Source: Eledone cirrhosa (taxonomy: Eukaryota). Taken from it: 64,000 bases of DNA. How positions within the stretch are numbered: position 1 is the first letter of the stretch; every line of letters starts with the position of its first letter. The position numbers and the translations under genes are program-made. The notes beneath the pieces were generated by a model. It searched no databases. It saw nothing but the letters and a program-made list of their open reading frames with translations, and was not told where the DNA came from. The DNA lies in contig OZ024748.1 of the NCBI GenBank assembly GCA_964016885.1, positions 33,852,001 through 33,916,000 of the forward strand, given 5' to 3'. Below are positions 27,985-43,997 of the stretch, piece after piece.

Positions 27985-29570
27985 CTTCACCTTCCACCAC
28001 CACACATACAGACAGACAACAGGATTACCCATGGTCCTGCCTATCGGGCCTGCTGGCCATCACCTACATGAACCAGCTAGAATGCCGAGCCCTCAACACC
28101 TGCCATTCCCATGCCTTCTTCACCCGATATGTAGATGACATACTCATCCTTACATCATCCCGTGAGGAGGCAGATAAAATATACACAACATTCTCCAGCA
28201 TGGACGCCAGTATAAAGTTCAGCATGGAACACCCCGATGACCGCGGATCCCTATCCCTACTGGACTTCCAACTCAGGGTAACAGAGGAAGGCAACATCCA
28301 CACCTGCTTCTATAAAAAAGCTGCCAGCAGGGACCTGTTCGTACATTTCAGATCGGCCCTCCCACTCGGTGCCAAGTTCGGATACATAAGGAACGAACTG
28401 CCACGTATCCGGAACAAATGCACCGACGCTATAGACTGAGACTCACACACCACACATTTCCTGGAAGTACTCAAACTGAACGGATACACGACATCCACCA
28501 CAAACCGTGCCAGAAAGAACAGAGGACACCACACCCGAGGCACTAACACTTGCTTCCTGAAGCTCCCACACTTCAGTGAAGAAACAACAACAGCCATCCG
28601 CAGAACCATCAGACGAGAGGGACTAGATATCCAACTGGCCCACTCGGGTCCTTCTCTGCGCGGACGGCTGGCCAAGAGACACTCCACCAGACATGACAAC
28701 TGCTGCAGACTAGCCAACTGCCCCATCAACGACACAGACCTATGCCACCAGGCTTACCTAGTATACAGACTAGAGTGTGACAAATGCAACAACTTCTACG
28801 TAGGTAGCACCACCAGACCACTCCACAAAAACACCGATAAAAACATAACAGTTAGGATAGAAACTAAGGAAAGAAACCTCGGCAATCTTAGAATTAAGGA
28901 AGCACTAATTATAGATAAAACACAACCACCAATCAATAATAGACTAGAACTCAACACCCAATTTATAACCTGATAGGGCTTCTAGCCCCATATTTACACC
29001 CCCCACACACACGCATGCGCACACACACACACACGCTTACACCTCTACTTATTCTCTCTCACACATACACACACATAACCAGTTCTAGCACCAGATAACA
29101 CCTATCCCCCACATTTACGAATAGACTTATCTTCTCTCACACACACACTCACATACTTACACCTTCATGCATTCTCCCACACACTTATACAGGCATGTAT
29201 ATATATTATAAAAAAAACAAAAAGAACCCTAAACAAACCCCTTTTAAAGGGAGACTACTCTTTATCCACCTAATTTTAACTCTTTGACATTAGAGATAGA
29301 ACAGATACTCTATACTATTTCCTGTCAGCATGGCTTGGCAAGATATTTAGAACGCTGGTTTGAGACCTTTATTTCCCTCTGAAGAAGAGATATTATCTCG
29401 AAAATTAAGGACATTTAAATAAATCTAAGGTAAAGGACGAATTGTCAACAATATCTTTTACAATTGCATTCTTTTTTCTATGTCCATACCTGCATTGTTC
29501 TGGCTTTATTACACATATTCAAACGTTTATACCTCATTACACAATGCTTCAGGTGAACTATAACCTCCTC
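27985..29570 (+). mobile_element. Penelope-like element fragment: degenerate RT + GIY-YIG to about 28973, then 3' pseudo-LTR with hammerhead
   Basis: PLE RT motifs YFTF..YRQTTGLPM, RYVDDIL, IKFSME, LSLLD, CFYKK. GIY-YIG VYRLECDKCNNFYVGST near 28761-28812. Frameshifts and stops present. Confidence 0.85.
29376..29410 (+). ncRNA. Minimal type-I hammerhead ribozyme motif in a PLE pLTR
   Basis: CCT-CTGAAGA-A-GAGAT-ATT-ATCTC-GAAA-ATTA-AGG: core boxes, 5-bp stem II, palindromic AAUU stem III, short stem I. Confidence 0.6.
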
Positions 29571-29610
29571 CATATATATATATGTATATATATATATGTA
29601 TATATATATG

Positions 29611-29672
<62 letters not shown>

Positions 29673-29741
29673 TATGTGTATATATATGTATATATATATA
29701 TATGTATATATATATGTATGTATATATATATGTATATATAT

Positions 29742-30341
29742 GTTGGTGCTACTGGTAACATGTATCCCAGTACAACCTGATTCATGGTCGGGTCGTTGGC
29801 GACTAAACTGGCAACCCCACCAAGGTTTCTTGGTGAGGAGGGTGACTTTGGACATCCTGCAGGACTAAAAACAAAACCTGTCAAAGGGCAAAGGAGCTCT
29901 TAAGAGTCAATGGCCATCCAAAATCACCGGGAGAGATGACCCCTTAGCCTTTGTCAAGGCAGAATTCTAGGAGAAGGAAAACTCTGATATAACACCTGCA
30001 ACCCTGATGGTATCCAATGATGTTGACTTGTTCTTCTTTTTGGTAAATATCATCTTGGTTAAGAGAGTGGGACTGGCTTTGTGCAGTGCCTTTGCTCACT
30101 ATAAAAGCTTCACAGCAGAGGCATTGCTTTATATCTGGAGATCTCTCTGCCCTTGTCATCTGATGGTACCATGGGTCCAGCACTATGGGTCAATAATTGT
30201 CACAAGTGTAGTGTTTGTACCAGAGTTTTCAAGTCACTGGCTGAGACTAAAAAGTCACACTCGTTCAGCGCATCGGTAGGGGTTCTCCTACATGGATATA
30301 AAGTAGTGGCCGTACTCGAAAACGAGTTGACAGCCACCACC
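29742..30341. mobile_element. ~600-bp non-coding element, copy 2
   Basis: Matches 24553-25149 with scattered substitutions; flanked by (TA)n. Confidence 0.75.
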
Positions 30342-30403
30342 ATATATATGTATATATATATATATGTATATATATATATGTATATATTTATATATGTATA
30401 TAT

Positions 30404-33400
30404 ATCATCATCATCATCACCGTTTTACGTCCGTTCTTCCACGCTAGCATGGGTTAGACGGGTTGTCCTGTTGTGTGCAGTGTCTGGTCGGCTGACCATG
30501 CCTTGCTCATACAGGAACTGATCTGGCTTGATTTCTACAGCTGGATGCCCTTCCTAACACCAACCTCATTTACAGAGAGTGCTGGGTGCTTTTTCGTGGC
30601 GCCTACACGTCCACTTTACAGTGTGGGCTGGGTGCTTTTTTGCCGTGGCACCTCCACGACCACCTTGCGGTGGGGGGTGTGGGGGCATATTGTTTATATG
30701 CTTCAGCATGTACCCATGGGAGCTCTGGTACTCTGTATTACTGCGTGACGCCAGAAGTCATGGTCGTGTGTCATTGTCTTTGAGAGGTGTAATTGGGTAA
30801 GGTCGGCTTTTATCACCTCATCCCAGGTCATCTTGGGTCTCCCCACTCCGCGGTTTCCATCAACTTCTAGTGTTCTGCACCTTTTTATGCAGCTGTCATC
30901 CTTCATACGCATCACATGTCCATACCAGCGCAACCGCCTCTCCTGCACACAGCATTTGATTCCTCTTATGCTCAGTCTCTCTCTCAATTCATTTATGCTT
31001 TGTCGTTCACGTATATTACTGTTACACATCCATCGGAGCATGCAGGCTTCGTTTCTCTCTAATCTATGTAAGTCTTCCACCTTCAGCGCCCAGGTCTCAC
31101 TACCATGCAACATCGCAGTTCGGATACACGCATCATACAGTCTGCCTTTCATTCTGAGGGAGAAGCCTTTTGCAGCTAGCAGTGGTAGTAGTTCCCTAAA
31201 TATCTTTCATCCCGTTCTTACCCTAGTTATTGTACTTTCTGAACACCCACCTCCGTTGCTAATTCGGTCACCTAGGTAGCAGAAGCTGTCTACTGTTTCT
31301 ACAGGGCCCTCCCAGAGATTGGTGGTACTTGTTTCCTGTGGCTGTTTGCTGCTTGCTGTTTCAGCACAGCTGCTGCATGTGAATCCTACATTCTTAATTA
31401 AGCTTCCTGAGATCCCGCTACATCTCTTGTGTACCCATTGTTTGCATTTGGGGCAGAGAATGGAGTTCCTACCTACACCTTTCCTACATACTGAGCAAGG
31501 CCATTTCCCTGAGGGGATCTGGGTTCTGTTTTCTCGTCTAGTTACAAGGACCTTAGTCTTTGTCATGTTGACTTTGAGACCCTTTCTCTCTAGTCCCTGC
31601 TTCCAGGTTTGGAATTTATTCTCTAGTTCTATCATAGATTCAGCTATGAGTGCGAGGTCATCAGCATACAGGAGTTCCCATGGGCATCCGGTCTTAAATT
31701 CCTCTGTTATTGCCTGCAGGACTATGATGAACAGGAGAGGGCTAAGAACAGAGCCCTGGTGGACCCCAACCTGTACGCTAAATTCCTCGCTATACTCATT
31801 GCTAATCCTAACTTTGCTGACTGCTCCCCTATACATGGCTTGTACCGCTTTCACAAGCCATTCATCTACTCCTAGTTTTCTAAGAGCCCACCAGATTACA
31901 GCACGTGGAACTCTGTCAAAGGCTTTCTCAAGGTCGACAAATGCCAAGTAGAGTGGCTTACTTTTAGCTAGGTACTTTTCCTGTAATTGCCTCACAAGGA
32001 AGAGGGCATCAGTGGTGCTTCTTCCTGGTACAAACCCAAATTGCATCTCGTCTATATTCACCCGGTCCCTAATCAGCTGTGCTATAACTCTTTCTGTTAC
32101 TTTCATGACCTGGTCCATCAACTTTATACCTCTATAGTTTCCTCTATCTAGTGCGTCGCCTTTGCCTTTGTAGCAGTTAACAATGATGCTACTGCACCAA
32201 TCTTTTGGTATGGCCCCTTCTAGTATTACCTGGTTAACGATACGTGTGGTTATAGTGTTACCTACAGACCCAGATGCCTTCAGCATCTCGGCAACTATAC
32301 CCGATGGACCTGTTGCCTTCCCCATCTTCATATCTCTGATTGCCTTACTTACTACGCTGCCGCTGACTTGTACTGCTGGTCCCTCTATAGGGTCTACTTG
32401 GGGTAGGGTCTCTTCTTCCCATGCATTCTCCTCATTTAGTAATCTATCATAATGACTCTTCCATGCATCTTTCTTCTCAGCACTTGTGAGGGCAAGCTCA
32501 CCTTTATCATTCCGGATACACTTCTCTCCAATGACATCACAACTATCTCTGACACACTGCCTCGCAATCTTGAATACCTCCTGTTTCTGGTCCTCACGTT
32601 GTAAAACATGCTTGAATTTTCTATCCTCTGCTTCCCTCCTAGCTAAGTATACTTGTCGCCTAGCTTCCCTCTTGGTCTCTATGTAATGTACCCTGCTCCC
32701 CCCGTTCTTCCATTCTTTCCATGCCTGTCTCTTGGCTCTGACTGCTTCATCTACCTTATTGTTCCACCACCAAGTCACTCTCCTCCTGCTTGAGGTCTTA
32801 CTCCAGCCACAGACCTCGTCCGTCGCCTCTAGTAAATTATCTTTTAGGAACTCCCAGTTCTCTTCTACATTAAATGTCTGTATCTGTTCTTCTTTACTGT
32901 CGTAGGCGTTGAGTAAAATATCTTTAAATCTGTTACTGGTTGAGGGGACTTTCAGCTTCCAGATCTTTCTTCTCCAGTTTGGCCTCTGTTTCAGGGCTTG
33001 TCTAGTTCTGACCGTGAGGTCGCTGACAACTAAGCTATGTTGGGATGTACATTCCTCACTAGGGAAGGCTTTTGTGTTTACGACCGTCCATCTGTCACGT
33101 CCTCTGATGAGGATAAAATCTAACTGACTAGAGTGCTCCCCTGATCTATAGGTGATCAGGTGGTTGTCGGGTTTTTTAAAGTTTGTGTTACATATCGACA
33201 TGTCATTGGCGTCGCAGAATTCTAGAAGTCTGAATCCTTCCTCATTCCTTGTGCCAACTCCATGGCCTCCATGTACCCTATTGAAGCCGTCGCAGTGTTT
33301 ACCTACGTGTCCGTTAAAATCTCCTGCGATGATTAGGAAGTCCTTGTCGTCTGTTAGAGCAGTAGTGTGTATTAGGGACTCGTAAAACCTATCCTTAAGT

Positions 33401-33585
33401 TCGTCTGGCAGCCCCGATTGGGGTGCATAAGCTGATATTATTGTGGTAATTGTCTTATTCAGGACTAGTCTGAGTTTAATGATTCTTGCATTTACCCTGT
33501 ACACTGAGATTACTTTATCTACCCACTTGTCAGCTAATAGTATACCTACACCACCCATCCCATCGTCATTTCCCACCCAGAAAAA
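30404..33585 (-). mobile_element. RTE/RTE-X LINE, diverged subfamily C, 5'-truncated, one premature stop
   Basis: ORF 33576-31207 (APE, RT LYADD, PHD) continues in frame into 31152-30703 after TGA replaces the TGG of TGW. (TGA)n tail appears as (TCA)n at about 30404-30419. Confidence 0.92.
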
Positions 33586-33594
33586 TTATGTATA

Positions 33595-33644
<50 letters not shown>

Positions 33645-33829
33645 GTATGTATATATATGTATATATATATGTATGTATATATATGTATATATATATGTAT
33701 ATATATGTATATATATATGTATGTATATATATGTATATATATATGTATGTATATATATATATATGTATATATATATGTATATATATATATATATATATGT
33801 ATGTATATATATATGTATGTATATATATG

Positions 33830-33868
<39 letters not shown>

Positions 33869-33927
33869 GTATATATATATGTATGTATATATATGTATAT
33901 ATATATGTATGTATATATATATGTATG

Positions 33928-33976
<49 letters not shown>

Positions 33977-34117
33977 GTATACATATGTATATGTATATAT
34001 ATATATATATGTATGTATATATATATATGTATACATATGTATATATATATGTATATATATGTATATATATATATATGTATATATATATATGTATATATAT
34101 ATATGTATATATATATA
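33586..34117. repeat. (TA)n/(TATG)n microsatellite
   Basis: Read directly from the sequence. Confidence 0.97.
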
Positions 34118-34662
34118 CTAGCATTAAAGCCTGGCGTTGCTCAGGGTGAGTAAGTTACCAAATTTAGGTTGCACCACCCATTTTATGGCAGCACTTTCTT
34201 GTCTGCCAGGCACAGGGTGATTAATTGCAGACCTGGACCGCCGAAGCAGGAGCTGCGCCAGCAGTGACAATTGTTGTTTCGCCTATGGATATTATCTCTG
34301 TGCAAAGAAGTGTTGAAATTTATTGTTTCACAGTACTTGCGCAACATGCGCGTAGACGATACCAGCCGAACAACAGAGCTGCGATAGAGTTGTTCTACAT
34401 GGTTGTCTAATGTGTGTTTTCTAAATTTAAGACAGTAAGGAGGGGTGTGATATGGGGGAGAGTTAGTTGCTGTTTCTAGCAGGTTTAGTGACCTCATAGA
34501 GGACATTATTGTGTATAGTAAATAAACTGATACTTCTTTCTTCCAAGTTCGTTGAGAGATGTTTTAAAAAAGATTTATCACTATTATTTTTGTTGTTGAA
34601 TAAATTTATCTGTTGCTTTTGAATAATTGTTGTTGTTTCTCTCTCTCTCTCTCTGTCTCTCT

Positions 34663-34747
<85 letters not shown>

Positions 34748-35062
34748 TTCTCTCTCTTCGACGTTCCTAAAGGAAGTTTGTAAGTTTAAGCGTATATAAG
34801 TGTATATAAGGGAAAGTTGCAGCAGGTATGTAGTTTTATCGAATTTTAAGGGGAGGAGAGAGAGGATATCAGATTGTATTAGAGGGGTAAGGCGTCATGG
34901 ATTTAGTTTTATCGATTATTTCCGTAATTGTTTCTGAGTCAGACAATTTACAAAATTCTTACAGACTTTGAGTCGTATCAGTTTGAAATTGTGCAAATGT
35001 ATAAACATGGAACATGCACACACACACACACACAACAACAATCTGACTTTTATAGATAATGA
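34118..35062 (-). mobile_element. Non-autonomous Helitron (~945 bp)
   Basis: On the minus strand it begins A|TCATTATCTATAAAAGTCAG..(GT)n and ends CCTGAGCAACGCCAGG hairpin-CTTTAATG-CTAG|T. AT target, no TSD. The hairpin core GAGCAACGC is shared with the Helitron end at 3880-3906. Confidence 0.85.
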
Positions 35063-35094
35063 TATGTATAAATATATATATGTATATATATATG

Positions 35095-35126
<32 letters not shown>

Positions 35127-35219
35127 AGTATATATATATGTATATATATATATATATGTATATATATGTATATATTTATATATATGTGTATATATATATA
35201 CTTATATATATATATACAC

Positions 35220-35251
<32 letters not shown>

Positions 35252-35282
35252 GTAAATATATATATATGTATATGTATATATG

Positions 35283-35315
<33 letters not shown>

Positions 35316-35320
35316 GTATA

Positions 35321-35390
<70 letters not shown>

Positions 35391-35452
35391 CATATGTATA
35401 TATATATATATATATATACATATGTATATATATATATATATATATACATATG

Positions 35453-35485
<33 letters not shown>

Positions 35486-35540
35486 GTATATATATATATA
35501 TGTATATACATATGTATATATATATATATATATACATATG

Positions 35541-35573
<33 letters not shown>

Positions 35574-35604
35574 GTATATATATATATATATATATATACA
35601 TATG

Positions 35605-35637
<33 letters not shown>

Positions 35638-35864
35638 GTATATATATATGTATATATATATATATGTATATATATATGTATATATATATATATGTATATG
35701 CATATATATATATATATGTATATGCATATATATATATATGTATATGTATATATTTATATGTATATATATATATGTATATATTTATATGTATATATATATA
35801 TGTATATATATATATGTATATGTATATATATGTATATATATATATGTATATGTATATATATATG

Positions 35865-35899
<35 letters not shown>

Positions 35900-35918
35900 G
35901 TATATGTATATATATATG

Positions 35919-35983
<65 letters not shown>

Positions 35984-36012
35984 GTGTATATATATATATA
36001 TGTATATATATA
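35063..36012. repeat. (TA)n compound microsatellite
   Basis: Read directly from the sequence. Confidence 0.97.
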
Positions 36013-36732
36013 TAGAAGGATTTAAATGGATACAGTTCAGTAAAAGGAATTTATTGACACGTGTTTCAATAACAGTTATATAACCTGAAAACAGCTGCTA
36101 TCTACAAAGTATTAATTATGCAGACACTCAATATTTCAATGTTATTTTCAACTATCATTTCATCAGAATAATCTCATTGAGAACTTGTTTGGTTTTTATA
36201 GAGAATATTAAGAGGGAGGAGTGAAGTTGTTAGAAGAATAGTTAAGGGAGTGGATAGAAATTTTTGATAGCAGTGGGTAATTAGATTCCCATCTGTTGTT
36301 TTGACATTTTTATAGAATACATTATTTGGCGTTGGTTATTTTTCTAAATCTATAGAAGGATTAGAGATAGTAAAGATATGCATGGTTGGTTTTGTGTTTG
36401 CACTTAATTAACATACAGACTTGAATTTTTCTTTCAAGTGTGTGTATCCGTTCGCCCACACATAGATATATGTGTATATATACTTATTTTTTTAAAAAGA
36501 CATACACATTCACACACATACGTATATGCACGCCTCTACTAATACATACACTCACATACACATACTTACATGCTCATACTTACATACATATATACATGTA
36601 CACATATATATATATATACATATACATATGTACCCACCACATACGCATTCATGTAGATACACTTTCATACTCTACTTATCTTCATATAAACACATATAGA
36701 CACACATATATATACATACATACTCCTGTCTA

Positions 36733-36798
<66 letters not shown>

Positions 36799-38820
36799 AA
36801 TATAAATATACATATACATGAATACACATACATTTAATTATACACATCAAACATATATATATATACACTCACCCACTTATTTACTTATTTATATACATTT
36901 TCACATATATACATACATATGGTCGCTTTTAGACACATTCATTATAGCATATTCACACCTATTCTCACCAGCATATTTATCCATTATTAGTGTGATAATT
37001 TAAGGTTATTAATAGTACATATATATGTTGAGAAGAGATTGTTTTTATATTTTTCTAACTAGATTGATGATTTGTATAGTTGAGAGGATGTCCCTCGTTT
37101 ATGTAATATTCAGCTTGTAGTGGGAAAAAGGGTTTTAGTTCGGTGACGGCAGAATAATGTTCGTTCAATTCTGTTATTAAGCAATTTCTTCTTGTGTGTG
37201 ATTATGTAATAAATCTCAAGATTACATAATTTGCAAAAATTTTGGCTCCTGGAAAAGCTTTGGGTTTTAGCTAATTTCTCCCATTTTAGGGTAAACTTTT
37301 GATCGCAATCCCTGAGTGTCCAAGCTTTTTCTGGTAAAGTTGTTACATTTCTTTGGCTCTGGTGTTTTATTGAGTAAGAATGCCTATATACTCGAGATTT
37401 AAACGATGTTGGCGTTGATCCCACGTAATACCACTCGTTGCCTCCGGATTCAATGGTACACTTATAGATGATATTTTTTTCAAGGCAGTTATTGCCGAGG
37501 GGGCAATTGTCAGGATAGGTGCAGTTACAGTTGTGTACGTTGGTTTTGTAGTTAGGTTTACTCTGGAGTAGTATTGCGGACGAACTTAGGTGTGGTTTAT
37601 TTATGTTCTGTAGTGTATTGTCTACCATTTTTTTTGTGTTCTTTGTACTTAAGTTTTTAGTGTTTTCGTTTAACCTTCTAGTATTGATCTTTTTTATGTG
37701 TTGTTCAAGGTTTAACGCTGTAGAGTATGACAGTCTTATAGTGGTAGGGTTTAGGATTTTGTGGTATTTGTGTGATGTAGGAAAATGTTTCCTAACTATT
37801 TTAAAGAAGAGTACTGGTAAATTTGTACTAATGGAACTATTGTATTCAGGGTTATACCATAAGTACTCTTTGTATCGCTTTCTATTAGTTTTGTTTGTTG
37901 GTTTACTGGTGTGTACACTATGGTAGTAAGTGTGGTTTGGTGTTGTGTTATTATTTCTACCTATGTAGGATTTATTTTGGGTGTTTTGATTGTTTTCATC
38001 TATATATTCTATTTTGTTGAGGTAGCCTGCTTTACTAAGGGCGTTATCGTAGTACTCGGCGTGTTCCTTAAATACTTGTATGTTAGAAGATAGACCCGAG
38101 ATTCTAAGGAAAATATTTTTAGGGATACATTTAATTATAGAGATGGGGTGGTTAGACCCAACATTTACGTACTTGAGATTTTCATTCAATTTATGAAACG
38201 GTTTAATCAGACCAGAGTTTAAATTGAGTTTTTAAAAAATAAGTATATATACACATGTATCTATGTGTGGGCGAACGGATACACACACTTGAAAGAAAAA
38301 TTCAAGTCTGTATGTTAATTAAGTGCAAACACAAAACCAACCATGCATATCTTTACTATCTCTAATCCTTCTATAGATTTAAAAAAATAACCAACGCCAA
38401 ATAATGTATTCTATAAAAATGTCAAAAGAACAGATGGGAATCTAATTACCCACTGCTATCAAAAATTTCTGTCCACTCCCTTAACTATTCTTCTAACGAC
38501 TTCACTCCTCCCTCTTAATTTTCTCTATAAAAACCAAACAAGTTCTCAATGAAATTATTCTGATGAAATGATAGTTGAAAATAGCATTGAAATATTGAGT
38601 GTCTGCATAATTAATACTTTGTAGATAGCAGCTGTTTTCAGGTTATATAACTGTTATTGAAACACGTGTCAATAAATTCCTTTTACTGAACTGTATCCAT
38701 TTAAATCCTTCTATTTCTCCGGATTACTTTTGAAACTACAACTGGAACCGTCGAGCAAACCCTACGTGAGCTGTCCATCTACTGTGTGTAATATTCATAT
38801 TACAACACTACGGAAAATAC
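36013..38820 (-). mobile_element. Penelope-like element, 5'-truncated, with inverted pLTR copy (36013-~36497 vs ~38229-38713)
   Basis: ORF 38189-37110 has YVNVGSNHP, WYNPEY, IRLSYS, CNC..CPL..C and GIY-YIG NIIYKCTI..YVGST. About 485-bp inverted repeats flank it. Confidence 0.88.
38553..38612 (+). ncRNA. Hammerhead-like motif in the inverted pLTR (mirror copy at about 36114-36173, minus strand)
   Basis: CTGATGA (38560)-AATG...CATT-GAAA (38589)-TATTGAGTGTC. Stem I pairing is imperfect. Confidence 0.45.
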
Positions 38821-38848
38821 TATATGTATATATATATGTATATATATG

Positions 38849-38898
<50 letters not shown>

Positions 38899-38902
38899 CA
38901 TA

Positions 38903-38952
<50 letters not shown>

Positions 38953-39236
38953 TATGTATATATATACATATATATGTATATATATACATATATATGTATA
39001 TATATATATACATATATATGTATATATATATACATATATATGTATATATATATACATATATATGTATATATATATACATATATATGTATATATATATATA
39101 CATATATATGTATATATATATACATATATATGTATATATATATATACATATATATGTATATATATATACATATATATGTATATATATATACATATATATG
39201 TATATATATATACATATGTATATATGTATATATATT

Positions 39237-39307
<71 letters not shown>

Positions 39308-39352
39308 GTATATGTATATATATATACATATATATGTATATATATATACATA

Positions 39353-39399
<47 letters not shown>

Positions 39400-39526
39400 G
39401 TATATATATATACATATATATGTATATATATATACATATATATGTATATATATATATATATGTATATATATACATATATATGTATATATATATACATATA
39501 TATGTATATATATATACATATATATG

Positions 39527-39562
<36 letters not shown>

Positions 39563-39569
39563 TATATAT
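38821..39569. repeat. (TA)n/(TACATATATATG)n microsatellite
   Basis: Read directly from the sequence. Confidence 0.97.
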
Positions 39570-40188
39570 GAAGACAAACAGAATATTCGAAAATATTCTG
39601 TATGTTTAAAATAAACATTTTGAAGACCCAATCGCTATAGAATAGAATACGTCACGTATTACAATTTGAGATTCTCGATTTGAGATTCTCGATAAGAATG
39701 AAACGCGTAGGTTACTTCCCTTGCTTTTATCGAGAATCTCAAATTGTAATACGTGACGTATTCTATTCTATAGCGATTGGGTCTTCAAAATGTTTATTTT
39801 AAACATACAGAATATTTTCGAATATTCTATGTTTGTCTTCACATATATATCGCTATTTCAGAGCATTAAATCCAAATTCTAATTTCTGCCGGACCGGCTA
39901 CCGCTCTTTCAAACCAGTTCCTGTACACAGCTAAGTATTCTATAAGTCTCTAGCTGTGTCGTTCTCGATAAAAGCATTGGATATGTAATCCTGATGATTT
40001 CTAATAAGAATGAAACGCGTAGGTTACTTCCCTTGCTTTTATCGAGAATTTCAAATTGTAATACGTGACGTATTCTATTCTATAGCGATTGGGTCTTCAA
40101 AATGTTTATTTTAAACATACAGAATATTTTCGAATATTCTATGTTTGTCTTCACATATATATCGCTATTTCAGAGCATTAAATCCAAA
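39570..40188 (+). mobile_element. Small non-coding hammerhead-bearing element (retrozyme-like or non-autonomous PLE): 312-bp direct repeat period plus an inverted ~110-bp copy
   Basis: 39692-39877 is repeated at 40004-40188 (GAAACGCGTA at 39700 and 40012). 39570-39679 is the reverse complement of about 39729-39840. Inserted in (TA)n. Confidence 0.75.
39985..40027 (+). ncRNA. Minimal type-I hammerhead ribozyme
   Basis: GTAATC-CTGATGA-T-TTCT-AATA-AGAA-T-GAAA-CGCG-TA-GGTTAC: 6-bp stem I (one G-U), 4-bp stem II, palindromic ACGCGU stem III, GUA cleavage triplet. Confidence 0.8.
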
Positions 40189-42949
<2,761 letters not shown>

Positions 42950-42983
42950 TGTCAATATTTATTTATAAAACTGGTATATATTG

Positions 42984-43048
42984 TATTTTGTCTGATGAAA
43001 GCATACCATAATTTAACATGGTATCCTTGAAATATGTATAATAAAATA
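42984..43048 (+). ncRNA. Type-I hammerhead ribozyme in a pLTR-like module (module about 42950-43095)
   Basis: TATTTTGT-CTGATGA-AAG C ATACCAT aatttaac ATGGTAT C CTT-GAAA-TATGTATA-ATAAAATA: 8-bp stem I, long stem II, near-palindromic stem III, AUA triplet. Confidence 0.75.
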
Positions 43049-43097
43049 GATATGGTTTTATAAATATAGTTTCCATTTGTTAATATCGTATATATAT

Positions 43098-43161
<64 letters not shown>

Positions 43162-43664
43162 CAGGAAAGAAGGTTGACATGGTTTGCTATACAAAAAAGG
43201 TTTTTAATCTCATAGCTGACAATTGTTTCTCTGAACTGGTAGGTCTAGAGATCGCTATTCGCTTATTTTCACGTTACTCGATCGCCAATACAAAATTATA
43301 ACCAGTCAGATCTTCGGAGCATGCGAGAATGAAGAGAATACACAGGCAAGAAAAGAATATACAGGCTACTATATGAAGTAGTAATGGCATTCAGTTAGAA
43401 CAATAACAACAATTACAACAATGCTATTAATAAATTATTTGAGGAGACCCTGACATTACTTAGGTGGGGGGTATAGTGTATCTAAGATTACGGCGTGTAA
43501 AACTAGCTGTCATGAGGCAAAAGTAAGAGTTTGGCATGTACAGAGTATCGAAGTGTGTATCAATTTTAAATTATAAAGATAAGCCAGTGTTTACAGTCTT
43601 TCTTTTCATCTTCAATAACATACATGAGTGGGACAACACTGTCAAAGCTAAATAGTTGTTGAGT

Positions 43665-43997
43665 TAATACAACAAATTGCAAAATACATTACTAAAAAAA
43701 CTAAAAGACACTAACGGTATCATAGTAAAAGCAGACAAAACATCAAACGTATACTCTATGGACATTAACACATACAATAGCTTTATCCAGCGTGAACTAC
43801 ATAAAAAATATAAAAAAACAAATGAATCTACACTCACCAGCATTAACGTGGAGGGCCTCAAGATAGTTAATAAACTCGGAATTCCAGATAGGACCGAACC
43901 GCTAACCTCGTGCAACCCAACATTTAACCTGAAGGATCACAAAAATAACTTTGAAACTAATCCCACCATTAGATTAATATGCCCATCCAAAATATAA
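43665..43997 (+). pseudogene. Penelope-like RT N-terminal fragment
   Basis: IVKADKTSNVY, NLKDHKNNF and PTIRLICP match PLE RT N-terminal motifs. Confidence 0.7.

Noticed and set aside
36013-38713. DNA transposon with long TIRs
   Set aside because: The interior encodes PLE GIY-YIG rather than a transposase; the inverted arms fit PLE pLTR inversion.
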